A stretch of 63,778 nt of DNA, filler included, from Reclinomonas americana ATCC 50394 (Eukaryota): NCBI GenBank assembly GCA_048213135.1. It is 10 parts of 10 records of this genome, joined end to end, with 100 filler letters (N's around TTAATTAATTAA, not from the genome) between each part and the next. Parts side by side here need not be neighbours in the genome. Positions count along the whole stretch, not along the records: positions 23,249 to 26,053 come from AFZH01019564.1; positions 26,154 to 41,362 come from AFZH01019565.1; 8 more parts are not named here. The stretch is one strand, 5' to 3'. Below, piece after piece: positions 25,201-36,738 of this stretch (position 1 is the stretch's first letter; each line of letters starts with the position of its first letter). The position numbers and the translations under genes were made by a program. Below the pieces are notes generated by a model, which made no database searches, had not been told where the DNA came from, and saw nothing but the letters and a program-made list of their open reading frames with translations.

Positions 25201-25476
25201 GAATCGATTGTCATGCGCAACAGCGGCGCCGTGACGGCATTCAGGGACTCTGTGCTGACATTTTTGATGCGCCACGCTCTGTTGGCGATTGGTCATTGGC
25301 ACGTGTTGTGGGTGCTGCACGCGAGTCCATCCAGCGAGGACTTTGCGGAGACGAAGAACACACTACAGTTGCGTGTACGAAGCAGAAGTGCAGGTGACAT
25401 GTTGGTGGTTTACTGATTGTGTGTGGCGCGCAGAAACGGAGTCACGATTCAAAAGATGAATGGCGTCGTCAAGTGA
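21552..25476 (+). CDS. Kinesin-like motor protein with low-complexity N-terminal extension (spans gap 23149)
   Basis: VVAKVRP, FEYDGVY, GINVCVVSFGQTGSGKSYTL, SCVELHKEEVHDLL, DLMGHQK (divergent DLAGSE), INHSLSA, FRDSVLTFLM, ETKNTLQ. Confidence 0.85.
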
Positions 25477-26583
25477 GGGCCGTCGGGCATTTCCTGTAGA
25501 GTGTGAAGGCTGGTTGGGCGAAGAGTGTCACCAAGTGTAGTACAGTCGATTATGTTATAACTGTTGGTTTCAATGCCGTGGCAAGATGGCTTGTTTGCTC
25601 ACTCGACTGCACACATTTCTCTCAGTCTTTTTCTCTCTCGCACGGCATGCACAGGATTCCATGTCGGCTCTGTCTGATGTCGCGCTCTCACTCTTCGGTC
25701 GTAGCAAGTGCTATGCCTCTCTTTGTCTCAACCTTTGCTCAGGGAAGTTTTCGTCTGTTCCTCGCTTTCCTTCTTTCTCTGTCGTTGTAGTCGAAGGATT
25801 GCAAGTCGGCTCCGTCTTGTGACACTTTTCAGCTCACGACAAGCTCTGAAAGGTCGACGTCGGCTGCTGACTTCGCCATCGCGACGGCGTGTTTCCTGTT
25901 CCTTTTCCTCCTGTTCTCCGTTCTCCCCTCATCAAACGCCATCTCGCCTGCATCTGACTTCGCATGAAAAACCGAACATCGTCCGCCCTGCCACTTGTCC
26001 ACCCATCACAAAAATGCTAATCTCGGAGAAAGGTATCTCGCCCGCACACACTGNNNNNNNNNNNNNNNNNNNNNNNNNNNNNNNNNNNNNNNNNNNNTTA
26101 ATTAATTAANNNNNNNNNNNNNNNNNNNNNNNNNNNNNNNNNNNNNNNNNNNNTATGTGCTCTTTCTGTCGCTTCTTTTCTTCCGCTGACCGTTTGGCTG
26201 TCATTGTGCTGTATTCTGTGCTCTCTCTCGCTGTCGCTCTCTCGCTCTTTCTGTTTCTCTCTCTCTCTCGCTCTCTCACTCTATCCTTTTTCTCGCTCTT
26301 TCTGTTTCTCTCTCTCTCTATCCCAATCTCAATCTCTCTGTGCATGTGTGTGCTCTTTCCTTTCTTCCGCGATCATGACGCTGACTGTTTGATTGTGTTG
26401 TGTTGCCTGTATTCTGCTTTCTCTCTCTCTCTCTCTCTCTCTGTGCTCTTTTTTCTTCCGTGATCATGACACTGTTTGCCTGTGCCTGCTGTATTCTGTG
26501 CTCTTTCTCTCTCCTCTCTTCTTTCTCTCTCTCCCTCTCTCTCTCTCTCTGTGCTCTTGTGTGTGCGCGTGGTGGTGCGACAG

Positions 26584-27411
26584 TGCCTGGAGTTCGTGTA
26601 CGGTGGCGCCGTGGAGATCCGCTCTGCCGACGTGCTCGATCTGCTGTACACGGCGACGGAGCTGGGAGTGACGGCGCTGCGGCAACAGTGCCTCGAGCAC
26701 GCCTTGCGAAACATCAACGACGACACGGTCAACTCGTATTTTGGCCTGTCGTTCATGATTGATGTGGCGCCGCTGCGACAGGCCTGCATCGAGTACATTA
26801 ATCGCAACACGGAGCGCGTGATTGCTCACAAGGCACGTCGTTCGTTGTGCACGTCGTTGTTGTTTTTTTCTCCGGCGGTGTCCTGACTGTGCCGGTGGGC
26901 GCAGGATTTGGCACAGCTGCCGCCACAAGCCATGGACACACTGCTGCGACTGGATGCACTGACAGCAACAGAGGCGTCGCTGTTCCGCGGTCTGTTGGTG
27001 TGGGGCATCACCAAGGCGCTGGAAAGATCGAGCACCATCGAGGCGTGCGTGTCGCAAATGCACGCATGTGCGTACCCGTGCTCTCTTTCTCTCTCTTTCC
27101 TCCCTCGTCTTATTACCCCTCACTCTTACTCTCCTGCTTTCATCAGCCTCACCTGTGGACAAGGCGCGTGTGGCGGAGGCGATTTTGGACCATTTGAAGC
27201 TGCTGCAACTCGATCGATTCTCGTACCAGGAGGTGGAGGACACGCTGGAGGCCAGTGGAGTGGTGCCGCAGACCATGGTGCTCGAGGCGTACAAGCGTTG
27301 CGTTGGCCTCTCCAACAGATGTTCCGTGCCCTTTTCACTCATTTGGTTGGTGCAGTGCAAGCAAGAGAGACGGCCGGTCAGGTTGTACGCCGACGATGCC
27401 GCGGCATGTGA
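26584..27411 (+). CDS. BTB/POZ-BACK domain protein, 3' part (5' lost at gap)
   Basis: CLEFVYGGAVEI...LLYTATELGVTALRQQC, LRQACIEYI, EASLFRGLLVW. Confidence 0.8.
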
Positions 27412-27634
27412 GTCGCCGGCGTCTTCACACTCTTTCTCCCTTTTCGTCATTTCGAGTGCACCGTCACTGACGGGTCTCGCGGAGTGCCACCCCTGTACCA
27501 TCTTGTCGTTTCTGTCCATCTTTTCTTTCGCAAGGGTGGAGGAACGTGTGTGTGTGTGTGTGATGTCCTCTGAGTGTATCATCAGCATTGTCACGGACGC
27601 CCTCTCCTCTCATTTCTATCTAGGGTGAGTTTAC

Positions 27635-28620
27635 TTACTTGGTCAGGGGCGGTAGTCGTTGTTGGAGCCATGCGGAAATGTCATCCAGCTCCTCCATGCA
27701 TGCACTGTGCGGCAGGCCATCGTACTCGTACCACTCGACCGTCTTGATGCCGGCCTTGAGCAGCATGTCGTTTGTGTAGCGTGCGAGTTTGATGGGCACC
27801 ATCTCATCTCTGCACACGCCAGGTAAGACGAGACGACCATCAGCGGTGTGATGGCGCACGCAACGCATTGCCGTGGCACAGCAGGACCGGTGTATCGTGC
27901 GAGGCTGCTGGTGGCATCCAGCGAGTCGGTGCCGGCAAGTACCCCGACATGGAGAACACACCGGCGATCGGCTACTCACCACCACCACACTCAGCGACCG
28001 AAAGCACGAACGGGAGTAACGCAAATCAACTTGACGCACCTTTTCGAGCTGCAGACCCGTGAACAAGCTCACCGCCCCGCCCTGCGAGAAGCCTCCCATG
28101 ACAACGCGATCACGTGCCATCCCCTGCTCATCTATCAGCTTCTCCATGCTCCTGCGCGTCTCCTCGAGCCCGTCGCACGCCTCCGAGAACCGATCGCCCG
28201 TGCGACTTGTCAGATCGTACCACGACGGCATCTGTGGCCACGACAGTCAGCGATCGTTCAGCTGGTGAGTGAGCGAGGCACGCACCTCGTATCCCTCGTT
28301 CATTGTCACCGGCACTGTCGGAGCCGTCGGCAACACAAAGCTGGCATACGGCATCTGCTGGAAGAAGTGACTGGCGGCCTCGGCCCAGCCCACGCACCTG
28401 CTGCTGCATCAGCTGCACACTCTCACACACTGCACGTAAGAGAGAATGAACGCAACGTGTCGCCGAGGCCGTGCAGAATGAGAACAGCTGCAGTGTGCGG
28501 CATTCCTTCCGGAGGCGCCAGCACAAGCAACCCACGTGCAGCGTCGTTGATGATGCGTGGTATGACCGCAGGGCGACGAGACGCTGTTGAGATGAGACGG
28601 CGTGCTCCGAGAAACAACAT
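27635..28620 (-). CDS. Acyl-protein thioesterase / lysophospholipase (alpha/beta hydrolase)
   Basis: ILHGLGDT, LPTAP..PVTMN.G..MPSWYD, GGFSQGGA, CHGNADEMVP, YDGLPHSA. Confidence 0.92.
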
Positions 28621-28680
28621 TTTGTGCAAGCAGTGTCCTCTCCGTCGCCCTGTCCTCCTCTCTTCGTTGCTGTGACGACA

Positions 28681-30520
28681 ATGAGCACTCGAGTCGTTGC
28701 ATTGTTGTTGTTGTTGCTGGCCACGGCCGCGGTTGTCGCGAGTGCAGCGGGTGAGAGCAATCGTGCATGACATGCATTGCATCACTATGTGCTCATTCTC
28801 GTCACACACACACACACACACGCACAGTGCACCGTCGTGTCATGCCGTGGGCGTGTCTTGAACGCTGCGGACGAGATGCAGATGTCGACCAGGCGCGTTC
28901 TCTCTGTGTGTACAAAAGAGAGAGAGAGAATGTTCGCATCTCATGATCTTGCATGCATGTTGTAGTTCATCCAACACCAATCGACGCTGAACGCGGTATC
29001 GTACGAGGCCTTTGATCTGGGAAAGAACGCCACGTTTGTCGACAACAAGTTTACTCGTCTGCAAAGTGCGTCGTCTCCTCATATGCATTGCTGGCGGAGA
29101 AAAATGACTGTGCACTAATGGGTGCCACAGCGGTCCTTCGCGACGCCGGCTACAAGGGCGAGCTGTACGCGATGATCACCACCACCTCCATCAATTACAT
29201 TCTGGAGCTGATGAAGAACCCGCAAGGTTTCATCGAGGCTGCAGTTTCGCGTGGTGTCGCCGACAGTTTCGTGTTTCCCCGCCTGCCTCCCTCTGTCTCC
29301 AGCACTGTGAACCCGCACCGCCGCACACGCAGAGATCACGGGCTACAACATCGACTTTGAGCCGTGCCAGAATGGCGAGTCGGGCTGTGATGCGACGGCA
29401 GCGCGCGAGTTTGCCGACTTTTTGGACCAGTTTGCCAAGGCGCTGCACTCGCACAACATGCGGCTGTCGGTCGATGTGGCCACGTGGTCGGAGTTCTGGG
29501 ACTACGGGAAGATCTCGGCGTCGGCTGTCGACGAAGTGTGTGTGATGGACACGTACACGTCCAGTGTGTCCTCATTCACGCGCTCGCTGCAACACGCGCT
29601 CGCCACCATCCCGAAGAGCAAGCTCACCATTGGCCTCTGCAACACGTGCGCCAAGTCGCCGCTGCCCATCGACACTGTGCAGGTGCGAGAGAGAGAGAGA
29701 GAGTGTGTGCGTGTATGATCTTCACCCCTCCATTTCCTTCTGTTTTCCTCCTTCCTCTGACTCACTACACGAGTGAGCGTGACTGCAAGCACCTTTCCCC
29801 TGTTCTCCTTCTCCATTTCCTCCTTCCTATGGCTCGCCGCACGAGTGAGCGTGACATATTAGTAGTGCGCGCACATGCATCTCCCCTTCCTCCTGACCTT
29901 CTTACTCCTTTTCCACTTCAATTCTTCCCCTGACTCACTTGACAACAAGCACATCCATTTCCCCTACTTCTCCTCTCCACTTTGCGTCTCCATTTTCTTC
30001 TATTTTCCTCCTTCCTCTGACTCAACGAGAGAGCGTGACAGCAAGCACCTTTCCCCTCTTCTCCTTCTCCATTTCCTTCTGTTTCCTCCTTCCTCCGACT
30101 CACAACATGAGAGAGTGTGACATATTAGTGACTGTACTGCACATGCATTTCGCCTTCCTCCTGACCTTCTTTCTCCGTTTCCACGTCGCATCCCCCCTGA
30201 CTCACTTTAGTGACAACAAGCACATCCATTCTCCTTCTTCTCCTTTTCCACTTGCCGTCTCCTTTCTCTCCTTCTCCCTCTCTCCACACCGACTCACTAT
30301 CTCTATGTACTTTTCTTCCCTTCTTCCTTCTCCTTTCCCCCATTCTCCTCCTTCCCCCTTCTCACGTTCCCGTCTTGCACAGACCTTCATGTCTCTGGTC
30401 GAGTCCAGCAACGTGGAGCGTGTGGCCATCTGGGAGACCCCAGTCGAATCGCCGTGGATGCCGCTGCTCGACAAGTTTGTCACCAACTCCACCTCCGTGC
30501 TGGAACTCAATGCACAGTAA
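28681..30520 (+). CDS. Secreted GH18 (chitinase-like) glycoside hydrolase
   Basis: Signal peptide MSTRVVALLLLLLATAA; ITGYNIDFEP catalytic DxE; VCVMDTY; KLTIGL; VAIW. Confidence 0.75.
29715..30240 (+). repeat. Intronic pyrimidine-rich diverged tandem repeats
   Basis: TTTCCTCCTTCCTCTGACTC...GAGCGTGAC.GCAAGCACCTTTCCCCT recurs at about 29744 and 30004, with related sub-units. Confidence 0.75.
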
Positions 30521-30608
30521 TCGAGAGCACACCCCCGTTCTGTACTCTTGCAATCCCTTCCATTAATAAATACAACGTGCCCACTTGTTTTGCTGTACGT
30601 GGTGACAC

Positions 30609-33600
30609 TCAGTGACGACCAGCGGCAGCCGCTGCCAGATACTGCTGCACCATTTCGCGGATACGCGGTTGTAGCTCGTCGGCCATGGCCCTGGCCAGTT
30701 GTGTCGCCATGTCGGCATCTCCCGGCAGCAACTGCGTGTCCTCCTCCACCAACTCGATAACACTCGAACCCTCCTCAATCTCATCGTCGTCATCCTCACC
30801 GGCGGCGGCTATGTGAGCGTGACCACTGGCTCCTCTTGGCGCCGCTGCAGCAGCCGCCGTTCCTCTGGTGCCACTTGTCGCCGGAGGAGGTGCTGCTGCG
30901 GCTGCTGCCGTAGCGGCGGTACCACGCTGTATGGAGGTGCGCCGTGGGCGCGGCGACATTTCACGCTCCGCCGACACCATTTCGCCCGGTGCCGGCAGCT
31001 CACCGCCATCGACCATGGCGACAACATCGTCGTCGGAGAAGTGACGTCGATGCAGATTATTGATTCGCGAGGGCCTCCGTCGCAGCCATGCGTCACTCTG
31101 CAGCGAGTATCGTAAGAAACGGGTCACGCAGACAAGCACATACACATGCTCCGCAACTTCTTTACGTGGACGAATAATCATACTGGGGAAGGCGAAATCG
31201 CCACCAGGCAGGAAGAGGCCCGGCTGATGGCGTTCCGCTGGCGTCTGTGGTGTGGTGGGCCCATCACCTTGCGAACGCGGTCTGTTGGCCGACTCATCCG
31301 GCGCCCCGAAGAACGACTCGCCGTGCATAAGCATCGGCGCCGGTTCGTCGTCGCCACCGTCATCATCATCGTCGCCGTCGTCACCGTCGCTCGCATCGTC
31401 CTTGCTCTTGCCACTGCCTCCCTTGCTGCAGGCGGAGGAAACACAAGCGTTGTGAAAAACAAACTTGTGCCACACAACACACGCACACAGTACCTGTTTG
31501 GCCCGGAGTTCGGCTGGCTCGATTGCTTGCCACGAGCGGCGGCGCGCTTATCTTGTTGCGCCTGCAATCACACACGGGGGAGAGAGAGGGACGGGAGAAA
31601 ATAATGAGTGCATGCAAAACCAGGAGTCGATCACTGACAAGCGCACCTTTTGCTGCAAGCGCTTGCGCACAGTGACGTACGAATCCTCTGCGCATCGGGA
31701 GTGAGCTTGCAAGAGACAGGAAGGAAGCAGGTGCATTCGTCAACAAGTGAACAAACCAATGATTGACACCTGTGCACATGAACAGCAGTGAGACCATTAG
31801 TCATGGAGGAGAGAGTGAGCATGCAACCATGGCTCACCGCCAACGACAGAGCGGCAGAAATGAGAATGAACACGTAGGTGTAGATGTACAGGCGTGAGAA
31901 CGCCCACAGCACGGGTCCACCTGCAACAGACATCATATGTTGGATGACAGCTAAGCACACCAACAAAGCGTAGCAGGTGGGCAAACCAGAAGCAGCAGAA
32001 TCAAACGTCTGATGCACCGAGTCGCCATACAGCAAAGAGAACAGGCTGACGCACGACTCGTCAAAGGTGGCGAACTAACATTGTGCAACGCATGAGCGGC
32101 AGCCAGGGGAAAAGTGGAGACCACACAGAGACACATACACACCCATGGGTTCACGTTGCCGAACGCCAGATTGCCCAACAGCGCGTACGCCATAAAGATC
32201 GGCGTGCCACCCAACAGGTAGGCTCCAAGGTTGCGCGACGCTTGCTTCAGCGTGAGGATGAGGAACTGCGTACGCACACTGTGAGTGACGACGACTGCAA
32301 ACGAGTTGGCGGCGCCACAGCGACGCAACGTAGCAGCCTGGCACATGCTCGAAGAAGCGCATGAAGCTGATCCAGACTGTACACAACGAGGATTGTTGAG
32401 TTTCCTCCAATATCTCACGTCACAACGAGGGGAACACGCAACCAAAGAAGCAGGCCAGGCCATACATCCGATTGACGACATACTCTTGCGAGAACTGCGC
32501 ACTGGTCAGCGATTTCCCATCCTCACACAGCATGTACGAAAAGAGTCAAGAACGCACCACATAGGAGCGGAACATAATGTAGAGGAGGCATGTCAATATG
32601 ACAAAGCCGCAGGCAATGATAGTGAGCACGGTCCAGAAGGACATGAACCAGGTCCACCGCTGCCACCAGCGCATGTTGGTAAACACGTCGTCTGACAAGC
32701 CTTTCGCGCGGAAGTACTGCACTCGGATGGGTGAGCGAAGAGCAGAGAGAGGGGGCAGTTAGATTGGCGCAACTTTGGGGGCGATCTTTCGATTGCGTCG
32801 GATGGCCTGCGTGGGGAGAGAAAGATGACCCCTGAGTGGAGAGTATGTCTACTGAACAGGACAGCAAACACCAACCTTGAAGGTGAGGAATAGCAACAGA
32901 GTGGCGCACACCAACAGCAACCACGACAGCCAGAACACGGTGTCACTCTTCACGGCATCCCAGTTATCTGTCGAACACTCAGCAACACGAGGGGCAACAC
33001 CCGATAGCATCTCGAGACAACGCACTCGGTTCCACGGGGCAGAACTCGGTCCACGCACTAAAGGTCTCCGTCAGCTGACCACCTCGTGCCGACATGTCAT
33101 AGCGGTTCTGTCGGGGCTGGTGAGTGCGCACGCGTACACGCACACAGGCAGAACACGCTGGCATACCTTCAGCTGCCACGTCACGCAGCTGGGCGTATTG
33201 ACGCTGCCCCCTGTCGACGCAGTGGTGCGCAGCGTGTAGCGCAACTCCATGGTTACCAAGTTCTCGTAGAACTCTGTGTACGACGAGACGTGAGTGCGCT
33301 CGATTGCATGAGAACGAGAGAGGAAGTACGCGACGCAACTGCGGACATTGTCTGGCTGACCCACCAGTGGGCCAATGTCACTCGGTCCCACGGGGTAGAC
33401 CACTTCGTACAAATTCATGTCTGACGGGTAATCTTGGTATCTGCAGAGACGCGTGAATGAGCGAGCGACGCACGGCAGCAGCAGATTCATTTCCGAGAGA
33501 ACGCAAACGCAACGCAAAGACGTGTAACAGTGGTTGAAACTGTGCGGCGGAGAACGAGGGTCACAGAACCGTCCACAACACGCATGAATAAACGGCAGCA

Positions 33601-34585
33601 AAGCGACACACAAACCGGCTGATTGTACTCGTCAATGGTGTGGTAAGTCTCGATCGATGTTGCTGTTCAGCAAGGTGAGCGAGACACACGAAGGAATGAC
33701 GTCACAAAGGCACAAGCACCAACGTACCTGGCATGGCTGACCACTGTGCAAGAGAGAGGGAAAGAAGAGTAAACAACTAGGGTTGTGTGTTCCGCAATGC
33801 CATGCACAAGACGCAACTGCTGCAAGCACATTCTGCACGCGATTCGCCACATCCGTGATCCCAAACAGCGTAAACGAAGGATACCCGAGCGGAACTGGCG
33901 ACGAGAGGTGAGAGCAGGTGGCAAACGAGCAAGCGGCCACACCGGAACTCACTCGACGAGTAAATGGACTGGCCATTGGGCAAAAAGTAATTGACAAACG
34001 CCGCATTGGCCGAGTTGAGGTACGGCGTGCGGTTCTCCACAATCTGCATGGCTGCAACAAACAACCAATCAAATCATCAGCCGCACAAAACACACACACA
34101 TTGCCTCGCACAAAAGTAAAACAGACGCAACCAATGGTGGTCACCAACACCAACATCGCAAACGACAGCAGCATCTTCCACGGGAATCGACCAAAGCGAC
34201 ACCACTTGCGAACAGGCGAGCTGCATGCGGAGATGAGAACAAAACACACAAAACACATTGAAAAATTCTTCCGCCACCCTCACCTCTCCACCTCCTCCAC
34301 CACATCCATCACACGGAAGCGATTCGCGCGTGACTCACGTCCGCCTCGCCGCCAATAGCAGCAGCAACAGAGGAGACGCTCAAAGCACGGCGTGCGACGC
34401 GCAATCTGACTTCCCGCCGTCGTCGTCGTCCCACCCGAGTTCACACTGCCCACTTGCGACGCTATTGTCACCACACGCGGTGTCCCGCCCAGCGACTGAT
34501 ACGCATTCGCGTCGGTGGTGGACGGTGCGCCCCCGCGCATTTGTGATGGAATCGGCCAACTGTCCACCACGCGCGCGAGCGGCAT
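30609..34585 (-). CDS. Mucolipin (TRPML) cation channel
   Basis: RFPWKMLL, RYDMSARGGQ, WISFMRFF, LILTLKQA, PIFMAYALLG, FSLLYGDS pore, FSRLYIYTY, SIIEDSY. Many short introns. Confidence 0.88.
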
Positions 34586-34613
34586 CTGTCTCTGTCCAGG
34601 TCGTTGACAAACA

Positions 34614-34676
34614 ATGGCATCGTTGTCGCGCGTTCCTCGTACGGACACGACCGCGTTGGCTTCATCGAAGCTGTGC

Positions 34677-34731
<55 letters not shown>

Positions 34732-36648
34732 AACCGCTGGTGTCTTTGTCGCGCTGACTGCTGTTGTCGATGAGCAGAAACTCGTTGCACAATGACCGCG
34801 TGCACAGTCTTCGCTCGGGCGACTATGAGCGCGCCAAGACGCTGATCAACATGGTGGAGACAGTGAAGCGGGAGTTGCGTTGTGTGTGAGAGAGAGAGCA
34901 AGGCGCTTCTCTGTTGTTGTTTTGGTGCTGACTCGAACAACAGGACGCAGGTGGCGGTGGAAGACGCCGAGGCATGTGGTGCTTGCTGCGTGTGATGGGG
35001 AGGTGGACTGGAGTGCTTATCTCTTTTCTCCTTCTTTTCCTCCTCTCCACCAGCGCGAACGACAGCGATCGGAGAAAAGGCGACTGGATCAGGCTCTGTC
35101 GTCGGAGGAGGAGCAGTTTGAGCGTGAGTGGGACGAGCGACAGGTGGAGGTGGAGAATGAGTGTGCCGAGAAGCTGCGGCACATGGATGTTGCGTTTCTT
35201 GATTATAGAAAGAGATGTATTTTTGCTTTGCGTCATTGTGGTTGCCGACGAGCGCTGCGTGCCTTGTTAGGAGACACATGCGTACGACCGGAGGGTGCTG
35301 GAGGAGCAAATCGAGGCGCTGATCCAGCGCTCGGCGATCAAGTACTCTCCGCGGTATCTGGAGATGCAGGATACGTTGAGGAAGCTGGAGCGAAATCACC
35401 GGTTAGTCCCACATTGGGAGAGGGGAAGGGAGGAGAGAGAAAGAGGGAGGGGGAGAGGGAGAGGGAGAGAGAAAACGACGACTTTGTTCAGGGAGGCAGG
35501 TATGCTTCACTTTCTGAGATGCGGTGACGTATTCGTCTTTAGGAGGGAGGTCTACTCCAAGTTCTGAGATGGAGAGCATTTAGCCAACATCCCTCCACGC
35601 ACACATTCCCGTTTCATGTTGAGGGGTGGTTGAAGGAAGGTGCAGCAACCAAAGTGGAGAGGATCGATGATGAGTTCCCTTCGCAGACTTTTGTGCAGTG
35701 ATCTTGATGTTGCGATTGTTCTTTCCGCACACATTCCCCTTCCTTCATTGTGAGGCTGTTGGAGAGGGAGCTTGCATCAGTGACCATGGTGAAGAGGATC
35801 GGCGACGAGTTCTTTTTGCAGTCACTCCCCTTTCGTGAGGAAAGTTTGCTTCAGTGGTCACTTCCTTCGTTGTGCAAGGGTTTCTCAAGACTGTTCACCG
35901 ACACGCACGCGGGGCAGGCGATGCCTCGCAGCTTCATCTTCTTTTTTTTTTGACACGCAGTAGATATTGGCGCTCTCATCTGATGTTGTTGTGGGATTCC
36001 GTGACTGTGTATGTATCGCAGCGATGAGGAGTCTTTTCCACACACTTCTCCCCCCACCTTCTCCTCCTTCTGAACCCCCTCTTGTGCCTGCAGATACGAC
36101 GAGGCCAAGGAGGTGCGACGACGCCTGTCGGACCTGGAGCAGATGGAGATTCGTGATTTCGAGCAGCAGTTGGCGGAGACCGTGGCACGCCGGAGACAGC
36201 GTCTGGCCGAGAAGCAGCAGTCGGAGCGCACGTTCATGGAGCAGTCGATTGCCAATTCGCAGCTGCGCGCCAAGCGGTTACGCGCCGAGGCGAAGCGAGA
36301 GTTGAGTCGTCACACGCAGCGAGGTTCTCATGTGCGTGCTTGTTGGGTGCTGACCTCGTGTGCTGTCGACAGAATGGAGCAACGCAAGGTCAACCACACG
36401 CGCGACATGCAGCACGCACACGCGTTGGAGTTCTGCGCCCCCAAGGTACCGGCTCAGGTCATTGCCCAGACGCGCCAGTCACACCACCTGTCGTCCACCA
36501 ACCGTGGCACACTGATGATTTCGCGATCAGCGGTACGTACCCTCGATCGCCCATGAAGATAAGCATGCATGTGCTCACTTTGCACGTGTGCCACCAGGGC
36601 AACCCGTTTGCAGTGCCGTCGCTGTGTGCTCTGGACGAAACTCTGTAA
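34614..36648 (+). CDS. Hypothetical coiled-coil protein
   Basis: E/R/Q-rich exons join in frame (GDYERAK, IKYSPRYLEM, RYDEAKEVRRRL, VPSLCALDETL*). Confidence 0.65.
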
Positions 36649-36738
36649 AAACGACGACATCTAGATAACGGAAATGCGTGGGACCAGGATGAAGAAAAAA
36701 CAGCAAACAGTAAAGAAAACATGTGCAGCAATTCGACA

